DNA of 60,550 bases, the filler included. It is 4 parts of 4 records of this genome, joined end to end, with 100 filler letters (N's around TTAATTAATTAA, not from the genome) between each part and the next. Parts side by side here need not be neighbours in the genome. Positions count along the whole stretch, not along the records: positions 31,326 to 39,486 come from DRR723986_2408; positions 39,587 to 60,550 come from DRR723986_2413; 2 more parts are not named here. One strand, 5' to 3'. The notes beneath the pieces are model-generated. The model worked only from the letters and a program-made list of their open reading frames with translations, was not told the origin of the DNA and ran no database searches. Shown here one piece after another: positions 31,728 to 40,816 of this stretch. The position numbers and the translations under genes are program-made. Each line of letters starts with the position of its first letter. The stretch's first letter is position 1.

Positions 31728-31792
31728 GCTGACTATTATAGCCAACTATTCTGGCCAACTATTCTGGCCAACTATTCTGGCTGACTATGCTA
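31728..31792. repeat. 13-bp tandem repeat, 5 units
   Basis: GCTGACTATTATA / GCCAACTATTCTG x3 / GCTGACTATGCTA. Confidence 0.9.
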
Positions 31793-32176
31793 GCTGGCAG
31801 TGCTTGTTTCGCTTTTGGAGTCTTCCGCCGCTTTGCGTGAAAAGACCTTTGTTAATACATCCGGCATTTTCTCAAGAGCCGCACCTAGGCCACCGCGATG
31901 TCCGACGTCGAGAATCTGAATCGAGTCGCCATGCGTGACCAGAAAACCAAGCGGTTCCATTCCCAGACCCGCACCGGCACCACCGCCACTGCCCTGCGCC
32001 TTTTTGTCGTCTTCGCCTGTGCCGGCGCCACCGCCAAAACCCACGCCGATCCGAATGATAGGCACACAGGTGAATTCGCCGAGCGTAAAGGCTTCGCCAA
32101 CAACAGTTTCGGTCTTGACAAGGTTGCTGACGTTTTCAGTTACATCCTTGAGTAGTGTCTCAAAATTGGGAGTCAT
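31790..32176 (-). CDS. GerW/YtfJ family protein
   Basis: KTETVVGE...VPIIRIGVGFGGG...GGGAGAG..PLGFLV signature. Confidence 0.85.
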   Translation of the reverse strand: MTPNFETLLKDVTENVSNLVKTETVVGEAFTLGEFTCVPIIRIGVGFGGGAGTGEDDKKAQGSGGGAGAGLGMEPLGFLVTHGDSIQILDVGHRGGLGAALEKMPDVLTKVFSRKAAEDSKSETSTAS

Positions 32177-32757
32177 GTCTTTAACCTTTTATTTGATGAT
32201 GGAAGAGGAGTAAATATATTCCAGGCGAACGCCAGAGCAGCCAGAAGAATGTAATACGGTCGAAGTTTGAGCTTGGAATACATCCAGTTGTGTTTGTTGA
32301 AGTTGATAACAATGTTAAGTCCATGTGCCGCAAGTAGAGGCTGTAGCGCAAATAGCTGCGCATTCAGAATTACATCACCACTGTCAAATGCGGCTTTGAA
32401 CTCGAGTATTTTCAGCGCCTTGCGCAAACGTCGTAACATCGACGGAAGTGAGCTGATTATTCGCCTGTGTTTAGGACGCCATCGCTTCTTGCTTTGGGGT
32501 TGTGCATTTTTTAACTCCCTGGCCTGTTGTTTGTGCGTCTTAGGTACGCCTTTTTTAACACGGAAACGTTTGCCGGGGACCTGCACCTCACGAATCCATT
32601 CGCCGCTCGCTTCCGAAACATATACGCGCACGTGAACAAGGTGCAGCAGGACAATTGATGCGTAAGGCCGTGCCGTGTCAATTTCGACGATGATCGGCAT
32701 AGTTAACACAATCACCGCAGTGACAATGCACAATGCAACAATGAGTAGTATTGTCAT
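32173..32757 (-). CDS. YtfI/DUF2953-like membrane-anchored basic protein
   Basis: N-terminal TM, basic middle, FDSGD..LNAQL...INF; stop overlaps the ytfJ-like start. Confidence 0.6.
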   Translation of the reverse strand: MTILLIVALCIVTAVIVLTMPIIVEIDTARPYASIVLLHLVHVRVYVSEASGEWIREVQVPGKRFRVKKGVPKTHKQQARELKNAQPQSKKRWRPKHRRIISSLPSMLRRLRKALKILEFKAAFDSGDVILNAQLFALQPLLAAHGLNIVINFNKHNWMYSKLKLRPYYILLAALAFAWNIFTPLPSSNKRLKT

Positions 32758-33023
32758 GCTCCCTCGCAGAATGTGTCGCCGACTGTGCAGTCATTCGAGA
32801 AAGCGGCGACGTCAATGGGAAGGTCTGACTTGTGCGGATGCCGTGGAACTCACTTTTAAAGTACGATGTAGATGCATGTGAAGCTATGACGTGCCTCATG
32901 CTCTTTCCTGATTTGTTGCGGTGTCTCTGCTTAGAGTTTCTGCTGTGTGTTTCTGTGATATGTTTAAGGCAGGGATGACTCGTGTGACGCGTAATTAGAT
33001 CGGGATAATCACATTAAGAAATG

Positions 33024-33071
33024 CACATGCCCGGAGCAGACGCGGACGTGCAGCGTTGTTCCAGGCATGTG
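33024..33071 (-). terminator. stem-loop terminator after the T9SS cargo gene
   Basis: CACATGCCCGGAGCA / TGTTCCAGGCATGTG inverted repeat (13/15) followed by a U-rich stretch on the minus strand. Confidence 0.6.
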
Positions 33072-33099
33072 TTAAAAGGTTAGAATTTGAGAGTCAAGT

Positions 33100-36000
33100 T
33101 TATTGAACCATAAATTTAACAGAACTGCTCTTGCCGTTCGGCAGCTGCAAAGTCATTATATACACGCCGCTCGCCCAGTCACCAATGGGAATCAACTGCT
33201 CAGACTGTGCTGAAGTCACCGGCGCTTCAAGGAGTTTGTTTCCGGCGATGTCGAATACCTGGATATTAGCTCCCAGGCTGACGTTGACATCACGACGGTC
33301 GATGTTAACTGTCAGGAGGGAATTGGCGCTGACTGGGTTGGGGCTTAACTCAAGTGCCTCGTGGCCTTCGTGCTGCAAATGCTCATGCTCGGAAGCAGAA
33401 GTCACAAGAGTTCCTCCCTGCGGAAAACACAGCTCACCAAAGTAACAGATGCGAAACTCATCATAGCCGTGTACCAAAGTAAGCGGCGACTCAGTGTGCA
33501 CCCAGCCGGGTAGGGCCTGTACATCCGTGACCTGCAATGTTTGTCCCGAACCACTTACTACTGAGTGCGTAAAACTAAGCAGCGTCGGGTCCGTGACTTT
33601 CTCGTCGCTAAGTTCTTGCATGCGGCAGCTGTTCTCAATGCCGATTTTAGTTGAATACATGTCACCTTTGTTCCACTCGGAAAACGAGCAGTTACTGCCG
33701 GTGATGAAGAGCGAACCATCTTCCAGGACGTCGATGTCATTGGCGCAATCTTCCTGGCCGGCGTTCACAACCGGCAGCTCAAAACCTGGGGCAGCCTGCG
33801 ACTTATGAACATCTCCGTTAACAAGCAGCTCTGCGATATATACCTGTTCTTCGTAGTCGATACCGCTGATGATATCATTATAATAGGTGACACCGGTGAA
33901 GGCAAAGGAGTCGTCATCGCGCTGCACAATACCCATTGCCTGATCGTTACTGCTGCGGTGATATGTGCGTTTCCATTCGACCATGCCAAGTTCATCGATT
34001 TTAATTACGATCGCATCGCGGTTGATGCTATTTTTGTTTGTCCCGCAGAGGATAAAGCCGTCATCATTAAATCCATCGCTGTCGTCATCTGTGGGTACAA
34101 TTGATGTTGCCCAGCAGTCTCCAAGCGAATATGAAAAGGCCCACTGCACAGCACCCAGATTGTCAAGGCGCATGACAAATACGTCGCGATCTGCGAAACC
34201 GTTCTGGCCGGGATTGCTGCCGAGTTCCTTGGAGCTACCGACAACTATGAAACCATTGTCGGCCAGGCCGTCGCCATCAGCATCCACGGGGTGCACGCTC
34301 TGAGCCTCGGTATATGCGCGGTCCAACACAGAATATGTCTTGGCAAATTGCACAGCACCGGACTGATTAACATATGTGACGAGAGCCTGGCGTTGTGTGC
34401 CGCCATTCGTCGCATAACCGGCGGCAACATATCCATTTCCATCACTTGAACTCAGGTTGGGAATCGGCCGGACTTCCTTAAACAACTCATCGTGATCCGC
34501 CAGGCGTTCACCAATCGATACCGCCCAGTCCGGATTTGTTCCTTCAACTCTGGTTATGACGGCATTGTCTTCAGTGTTGCCGGAGCCGAGAGAATTAACC
34601 AGGCGTCCGGCAAGAGCAAAACCATTGTCACTCGTGCGCTGAATATCATGGCCTTCCGCGTGGTAATATTTTGACGTGTTTGGAATCGTGAATCTGACAT
34701 ATTGGTTGCTGATGATACTGCCGTCTTCGCCGTGTACCAGAATTGGCATGTCTTGTGAAGAAAGGTCGCTCTTGTAACTCGCTATTCCGGTTAGTGCATA
34801 CTGTGGAACAATCAGTCCGCCGCCGCCAACTGTTCCCTCGAATGCCACACCCGCTAAACCACGGTCATATTTGTCGTCAAAGTGATATTGAAACAGCGGC
34901 TGATGAATTGGTTCATGCGGGCACTCGTGGACTTCCGCTATTTTGATATCCAGTTCGATATAATCCACAAAGGTTTCATCGGGGCCACCCAAAAGAGGTC
35001 CAAGCACTAAAGGCGACTGGCCCAACTTTGTTTGTTTGGTTACTTCATCATCTTGCTCAAAAATACAGAGTGTGTTATTAAAACAGAGTTGCTCATCAAC
35101 GTGCATGATGTATGTGTGCGGATCGGTGGTATTTGCACCGACATTATCTTTGTAGCCGACAATAGCGTAGCCGCCCGCAGCCGTTTTTTCCATATCAAAT
35201 GCACCCTGATTACTTTCAAAGTTCCATTGTGGCGCTTCAAAGTGTGCGGCTTTAATCAGAGTACCGCCCACGTCAAATTGCATGGTTAATATACGCGTGT
35301 GATCTGCTGTGGCATCTTTGTATTGCCCCACGGCAAATACGCCACCGGAAGCGGATTCCTCAACGGCGTAGAACGATTCATCGTGATCTGTATCACCAAT
35401 TACTTGTGTCCAATATCTGTTACCCAATTGATCCGTCCTGATAACCACTCCATCGGTGCGTGCCGGTTGAGCGATTGTAGTGGCCGTGCCGCTAATCAGG
35501 AAACCATCGTCAGAGGTTTGGCGGACATCCATTCCGCGCGTTTCAAAGTCCGAATCATCATAAACTTTTGCCCAATTGAGCGTTACAAAAGGCGCAGTTG
35601 TCGAGTAGGTGAAATGCATTAAGGTGACACCCTGAACAGCAGCGTCCGGTGGACAGCTTACATCTACACTTCCAGTCACAACAAATTCATTGGCTGAGCC
35701 GATTTCGCGAATCGAGTATCCACGCATTTTAGCCCTGTCACAGGTCGAAAATCCCGGTGTGTTAAGTGTGTACGACCAGAGCATCATACCGCTGGGATCA
35801 TAACAGATCAGCAGCATGTTTTCGATTGAAGGGTTTGAGGCATCCTGCTCAAATCCAACCATGACGTAATTGCCGTTGTTAAGTACTTCAACGCAGCGCG
35901 CTTCACTATCAGTGGCAGTTGACATGCGTTTTTCCCAGAGGATTTTGCCCGCATCATCAACTTTAATCATGATAGCGCGTTTGTGGCGTGTATTGGCGCC

Positions 36001-36354
36001 CACAAATACATAACCAATATCGCCAACATTCGTTTGGTGGATCGACCAGGGGTCCATTCCCGGGTCTTCGAAGTAGTATTCTTGCTCAAGTACGACGCCG
36101 AGCGCATCAAACTTGGTAAACTGTCCACCTTCCAAACCGTACCAATTTGCGATAGTCACAAAGCCGCCATCGCGCGTTTGCTGGATGGCGCGCCCTTCCG
36201 AGTCCTTTGCATCTACGCTGGGGTCTATCTTTAGTCCCACTTCAAACAGCTGTGGTTGTGCTTGCAGACTCGTAGTCTGCAGTAGCAGTAAAATAATTGC
36301 TGTGCTGAACGCTAACAGCGCGTGTGTCCACGCTGGGTGTTTTTCACTAAACAT
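33100..36354 (-). CDS. secreted repeat protein (probable beta-propellers) with T9SS type A C-terminal sorting domain
   Basis: Signal peptide ending LQA-Q; repeated T.DGGF / W.K.Y blades; C-terminal LSPNP...VFDIAG...ASGVYIM...VKFMVQ. Confidence 0.88.
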   Translation of the reverse strand: MFSEKHPAWTHALLAFSTAIILLLLQTTSLQAQPQLFEVGLKIDPSVDAKDSEGRAIQQTRDGGFVTIANWYGLEGGQFTKFDALGVVLEQEYYFEDPGMDPWSIHQTNVGDIGYVFVGANTRHKRAIMIKVDDAGKILWEKRMSTATDSEARCVEVLNNGNYVMVGFEQDASNPSIENMLLICYDPSGMMLWSYTLNTPGFSTCDRAKMRGYSIREIGSANEFVVTGSVDVSCPPDAAVQGVTLMHFTYSTTAPFVTLNWAKVYDDSDFETRGMDVRQTSDDGFLISGTATTIAQPARTDGVVIRTDQLGNRYWTQVIGDTDHDESFYAVEESASGGVFAVGQYKDATADHTRILTMQFDVGGTLIKAAHFEAPQWNFESNQGAFDMEKTAAGGYAIVGYKDNVGANTTDPHTYIMHVDEQLCFNNTLCIFEQDDEVTKQTKLGQSPLVLGPLLGGPDETFVDYIELDIKIAEVHECPHEPIHQPLFQYHFDDKYDRGLAGVAFEGTVGGGGLIVPQYALTGIASYKSDLSSQDMPILVHGEDGSIISNQYVRFTIPNTSKYYHAEGHDIQRTSDNGFALAGRLVNSLGSGNTEDNAVITRVEGTNPDWAVSIGERLADHDELFKEVRPIPNLSSSDGNGYVAAGYATNGGTQRQALVTYVNQSGAVQFAKTYSVLDRAYTEAQSVHPVDADGDGLADNGFIVVGSSKELGSNPGQNGFADRDVFVMRLDNLGAVQWAFSYSLGDCWATSIVPTDDDSDGFNDDGFILCGTNKNSINRDAIVIKIDELGMVEWKRTYHRSSNDQAMGIVQRDDDSFAFTGVTYYNDIISGIDYEEQVYIAELLVNGDVHKSQAAPGFELPVVNAGQEDCANDIDVLEDGSLFITGSNCSFSEWNKGDMYSTKIGIENSCRMQELSDEKVTDPTLLSFTHSVVSGSGQTLQVTDVQALPGWVHTESPLTLVHGYDEFRICYFGELCFPQGGTLVTSASEHEHLQHEGHEALELSPNPVSANSLLTVNIDRRDVNVSLGANIQVFDIAGNKLLEAPVTSAQSEQLIPIGDWASGVYIMTLQLPNGKSSSVKFMVQ

Positions 36355-36541
36355 GTGAAGTCCTATTGTGAAAATTTATACAATACCTCTTCTACCCACC
36401 CGCATAAGCTCCAGGTCAGAGCCGGTGCGGGATGTGATCGATTGAGGATGTATTAAATGGTAACGCGCGTTACAGTGATGAATATGCCTGTGCCGTGCGC
36501 TTAGGCCAAAAAATAAATAGGGTATGCATAGGGTAGATTGC

Positions 36542-38218
36542 TTATACAGGAACTGTGTTTAAGTACTCTGTCAGATTAATTCCCTTTGTTAACTTTAACT
36601 TGCGCCTTATGTTCTTGCGGTGAACTCCGATTGTCTGTGATGAGCAGAACAATAGCTCCGCAATTTCCTTGCTGCGGAATTCGAGGCGGACGAGCAGACT
36701 GACGCGCAATTCCGTTGGTGTCAGCTTGGGAGCAACTGCGTGGAGGCCGTCGACAAAGACGCTGAACTGTTTCTTAAACTGCGTATCCGAAAGCAACTCC
36801 CCCGGAGCCTCCTGCAGTGTCTCATCGATTTTCTGCAGCATGGATTGCGCCACCGACACCGTGTCCTTGTCCAGGTCTGTAACAAGCTGTTTAATGTCAC
36901 TGCGGATGCTGTCCAGCACCGATGTTCCGCGCGCATTGCTGCGCCGGTGAATTTCAAGGCGCTCGCGCATTTCAGCCAGTTTGTCTGCATCCGCTTCTGC
37001 TTCCGGCATGTTAACAGAATGTGGAAGTCGTGCGTCGGACATAGATGAGTTGCCGTCGGCCAGGCCGCCATTGCCAAAAATCTCGGCATTGATCAGCTGG
37101 CGGCGGCGGCCCAGGTTCTGAATTTCACGCACTACGGAGTTATCGCGTATCTGGGTGTAAAACTTGCCGGCCGACTTCGCAAAGACTTCGGCTTCAGCAT
37201 CGCGGTTCTGCTGCCGCAAGAGGAGTGCCATTAAACTGTGCATGCTCTCCAAAGCACTGAGCGGCGCCTGCGTGCCAATTAGCGTTAAATGTTTGCCGAG
37301 TAGCTCACAGGCTTCAGCATGACGGTCAAGAAGTGGCAAGGTGCGTGCCGCATAGAAGATAACTGTTGAAGCCGGGTCTTTAACGCTGCCGAGATCAATT
37401 GCTTTTAAGACATTGTTTATGTAACGTCCTGCGCTGTGTCGTTCGCCGCGCCGCGCATATGTTTCGGCTATGCGTACCAAAACAAGGGGCAAGGTGGGTG
37501 ATGAACTGCTGCGGGCGTAGCGCTCGGCTGCATGCAGATGTTTAAGAGTTTGTTCGTAGTCGGTTTTCTTCTCTGTGCAGGTTGCCAGGTTGATGTATGT
37601 GTTAATTACTCCGACCAGGTCATTGGCCTCCCGACGATAGCGTAGGCTGCGTTCAGAGTATTCGATTGCCAGGTCAATGTTTTTTAGCTCAACATAAATT
37701 CCGCCAATGTTGCCGTATGCAGCGCCAATCCCGCGTGGGTTGTTTAACTCCTTCTGCAGTTTAAGCGAATCCATGAAGTAGCGCATTGCGCGTTCCAGCT
37801 CACCGGTGATGCCAAACATGACACCCAGGCTGTTTAGAACCATCGCCTGTGATTCAAGTGAGGCGCCGGCGCACGCGATTTCGAGAGCCTCGTTCAGGTG
37901 ATAGTAGGCCTGGGTCGCATCGTCCTTTTCATATGCTATAACTCCCAATACGTGATGTGCATCGGCCTGCTGAGCTCGCATTGAATGCCGCCGTGTTAAC
38001 AGCAGAATCTCCTGCAGGATTGTCTCGCATTCCGCATCGCCCTGCTGGCGTAAAACCTCTGCCTGTGCCGTTTTAACTTTGCAGTACAAACGTGGATGTT
38101 CTGTGACAGTAATGCGGGTGAGTGCCTCACGCAAAACCTGCAAGGCTGCTTGTGGATCATGGCGGTAGGTCGCCTGGGACTGCGCCAAACTCTGTTGTAT
38201 GTCTTGTTCTATTGTCAT
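36542..38218 (-). CDS. tetratricopeptide-repeat protein with C-terminal LuxR HTH
   Basis: GGAGG RBS before ATG 38218; TPR repeats (LNSLG, YGNIG, YINLA); LTPTELRV...SKEIAELL...HRKNIRRKL. Confidence 0.9.
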   Translation of the reverse strand: MTIEQDIQQSLAQSQATYRHDPQAALQVLREALTRITVTEHPRLYCKVKTAQAEVLRQQGDAECETILQEILLLTRRHSMRAQQADAHHVLGVIAYEKDDATQAYYHLNEALEIACAGASLESQAMVLNSLGVMFGITGELERAMRYFMDSLKLQKELNNPRGIGAAYGNIGGIYVELKNIDLAIEYSERSLRYRREANDLVGVINTYINLATCTEKKTDYEQTLKHLHAAERYARSSSSPTLPLVLVRIAETYARRGERHSAGRYINNVLKAIDLGSVKDPASTVIFYAARTLPLLDRHAEACELLGKHLTLIGTQAPLSALESMHSLMALLLRQQNRDAEAEVFAKSAGKFYTQIRDNSVVREIQNLGRRRQLINAEIFGNGGLADGNSSMSDARLPHSVNMPEAEADADKLAEMRERLEIHRRSNARGTSVLDSIRSDIKQLVTDLDKDTVSVAQSMLQKIDETLQEAPGELLSDTQFKKQFSVFVDGLHAVAPKLTPTELRVSLLVRLEFRSKEIAELLFCSSQTIGVHRKNIRRKLKLTKGINLTEYLNTVPV

Positions 38219-38587
38219 GTGCCGTCCTCCGGTTGTTAATACGGTGGCATGCATTCCGCGGGCAAGCGAATACAATGGATGGAATGCCCTTGTGGCATCT
38301 TTAATCACAGAAAAATACAAGGAGGGGCTTGTGTGGCGCTGGTATGGTTGGAAGCTGAGACACGCAGTCTTTGAATGTCGTTACGCCGGAATAGTGACCC
38401 CGCAAGTCGCAGAGTTGTCGCTAAACATCTAAATTTAACACGTAAGTCAGTCATTCAGCCGCATTCTTAATGCCGGCCCCGGAATTTTCAGCTGGACGTG
38501 TAGAATCGCGCTACGCCGGACTCACAGGTGTGGTGGCGGGGCTTGGAGCTTGGCCACCGGTGACTAACAAAAAGATAAAAACAAGCT

Positions 38588-38647
38588 GATCCCCATGCCG
38601 GTCTGAACGCAGATCCCCATGCAGATCCCAGTGCCGATCCAAATGGA
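38588..38647. repeat. degenerate 12-bp tandem repeat, 5 units
   Basis: GATCCCCATGCC / GGTCTGAACGCA / GATCCCCATGCA / GATCCCAGTGCC / GATCCAAATGGA. Confidence 0.7.
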
Positions 38648-38748
38648 GGGGGCAGCGAAGTGCTCAGGCGCGCGCAAAAAGCACCCGGAATTGTAGGTCC
38701 CGAGTGCAGTTCTAGAAGTAACAAGTAGCTATCGACCCAGTCAGGGCC

Positions 38749-39243
38749 TTAATGTGCAATGATCAGCTCGCCGGTTGACTCATCGGAGACAGCCCCGCCG
38801 GACGCCCATGCGATAATGTGGACGCGGTACATGCCCGCGCGCTGTTCGCGTGTGAAGATCATGACTTCGTTTTCGCCGGCCGGAAATTCTCCACGGTCCA
38901 CGACGGTTTGAACGAGTTCGCCACAGCGATCGCGCAGTTCAACTGTTACGGTTGCGGTTGAATCTTCAAGGATAAAACGCACATTTGTGGAGCGGTCGGC
39001 CGGGTTGGGGAATGCCGGCATTGGGCAGAGTGTTTCGAGCGGTGTGCAGCGCCAGTCGTTGGTATCGGCGGTGCCAACCGTGTCGCCATTCGGTGCGATA
39101 CGTGTTACGGTGCTGCCGTCAACTTCGGTGCAGTCAAAGCCCGTGGAGTCGTCGTCGCAGGCTGAAAGGCCAATCAGCGCGCAGGCCATCAGCGTGGTAC
39201 ATAGTGTAATAAAGCGCTCGTGGCGCGGGTTTCTCTTCTTCAT
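38749..39243 (-). CDS. lipoprotein with T9SS-CTD/FlgD-like Ig domain
   Basis: LSAC lipobox followed by DDD; AFPNP...VELRDRCGELV...AGMYRV pattern. Confidence 0.7.
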   Translation of the reverse strand: MKKRNPRHERFITLCTTLMACALIGLSACDDDSTGFDCTEVDGSTVTRIAPNGDTVGTADTNDWRCTPLETLCPMPAFPNPADRSTNVRFILEDSTATVTVELRDRCGELVQTVVDRGEFPAGENEVMIFTREQRAGMYRVHIIAWASGGAVSDESTGELIIAH

Positions 39244-39486
39244 TTTACTCTCGGAAAATTGGTTCTCGTCTGCTGCACTACAAATTACGCAATTCGGCGC
39301 AGGTGCGGGAATCTGCCGTGGAATTTTCTTTGGAATGGCCTTGCTTTGGTCGCGCCAAAATGCCTTGTGCGCGACGTTTAAGCCGTGCTAAGTTGCGCAG
39401 TCGTATTTCCGGTCCATTCGTTTGGTGAGGTGATGATCGCTTTGAGCCGCTTTTTCCACTTGCAGTGGGCGTCTCAGGCTTTTTTG

Positions 39487-39586
39487 NNNNNNNNNNNNNN
39501 NNNNNNNNNNNNNNNNNNNNNNNNNNNNNNTTAATTAATTAANNNNNNNNNNNNNNNNNNNNNNNNNNNNNNNNNNNNNNNNNNNN
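39487..39586. other. artificial contig linker
   Basis: N-run with TTAATTAATTAA at 39531-39542. Confidence 0.97.
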
Positions 39587-39666
39587 GCCTGCCGCATCAT
39601 CCAGATCGGCGGCACATCTTGCGTTTCACCCGCCAGTGCGCGCAGCAGTTTTTTCGTCTCGGCCAT
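39587..39666 (-). CDS. hemE: uroporphyrinogen decarboxylase, N-terminal fragment at contig end
   Basis: [28 protein letters not shown]; divergent from hemC. Confidence 0.88.
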
Positions 39667-39772
39667 ATCTGCCCCCAAATTCCGGTTTGAGCACACGCGT
39701 CTCGCTTCGGCGGCAATTTGTCAAGCACAGCCCCCATTGTCAGGGCAATGTGACGCGACTAAAGCTGTCGGT

Positions 39773-40732
39773 ATGACAGTAACTCTTCCCTCCCCCGCTT
39801 CGCCTCTGAAAATCGGCACCCGTGGCTCGCCTCTGGCGTTGGCTCAGGCGTATGAGACGCGCGCGCGTTTAGCGGCTGCTTTCGATCTGCCGCCCGAAGC
39901 GTTTGAGATCGTCGTAATCAAAACCACCGGCGACAATCGTGCGATGATTGACGCGGACCGCCCGCTGAAAGAGATCGGTGGCAAGGGATTGTTCACCAAG
40001 GAAATCGAAGAGGATTTGCTTTCGGGCGCGATCGACATTGCGGTGCATTCGATGAAGGACATGCCTGTTCTGCAACCCGATGGATTGCTGTTGGATACCT
40101 ATCTGCCACGCGAAGATGTGCGCGATGCGTTTGTCTCCCCCAGCAAATCGGCGCTGATCGAATTGGCTCAGGGTGCGGTTGTTGGCACCTCTTCCTTGCG
40201 GCGTCGGGCGCAGCTGCTGAACCGTCGACCAGATCTGCAAGTCGTTGAATTCAGAGGAAATGTTCAGACGCGATTGAAAAAGCTTTCGGAAGGCGTTGCA
40301 GAATGCACCTTCCTTGCGGCGGCCGGTTTGAACCGTCTGGCGATGGATGATGTGCCCGCAACCCCTATTGAAGCCGACGATATGTTGCCCGCAGTGGCAC
40401 AGGGTGCAATTGGGATTGAGCGGCGCTTGGACGACAGCCGGGTGGCCGACATGTTGGCGGCAATCCATGACACAACAACGGGCCAGCGACTGGCTGCGGA
40501 ACGGGCGTTTTTGGCGGCGCTGGACGGCTCTTGTGAAACACCGATTGCGGGTCTGGCGGAATTGGATGGCGATACGTTGCGGCTGCGCGGCGAGGTGCTG
40601 CGCCCAGACGGATCAGAATCGATCAGTGACGATCAAACCTGTGCCATCGAAGACGGGGCCGAGTTGGGCCGTGCGATGGCCAAAGGCCTGTTAAACAAGG
40701 CCGGAGAAGGCTTTTTCGACTGGAGGGCGTGA
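39773..40732 (+). CDS. hemC: hydroxymethylbilane synthase
   Basis: IGTRGSPLALAQ, GGKGLFTKE, VHSMKD, GTSSLRR, RGNVQTR and LDGSCETP. Confidence 0.97.
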   Translation: MTVTLPSPASPLKIGTRGSPLALAQAYETRARLAAAFDLPPEAFEIVVIKTTGDNRAMIDADRPLKEIGGKGLFTKEIEEDLLSGAIDIAVHSMKDMPVLQPDGLLLDTYLPREDVRDAFVSPSKSALIELAQGAVVGTSSLRRRAQLLNRRPDLQVVEFRGNVQTRLKKLSEGVAECTFLAAAGLNRLAMDDVPATPIEADDMLPAVAQGAIGIERRLDDSRVADMLAAIHDTTTGQRLAAERAFLAALDGSCETPIAGLAELDGDTLRLRGEVLRPDGSESISDDQTCAIEDGAELGRAMAKGLLNKAGEGFFDWRA

Positions 40733-40816
40733 CGTCACAAAATTTGTGACGCCATGGTCAATTTGACAGGATGGGCCCCTCTCTGAGACGCTTTGCGGCA
40801 AGAGGAGGACCCACTC

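Noticed and set aside
31728-31792. Possible CRISPR array
   Set aside because: Units are 13 bp and contiguous with no spacers, and no cas genes are present
31499-33010. 12-bp direct repeat ATCGGGATAATC at 31499 and 32999 flanking the ytfI/ytfJ pair
   Set aside because: Too short, with no integrase or transposase nearby; could be chance
39433-39486. Possible CDS start (GAGGTG + ATG) running into the gap
   Set aside because: Only 18 codons are visible, which is not enough support
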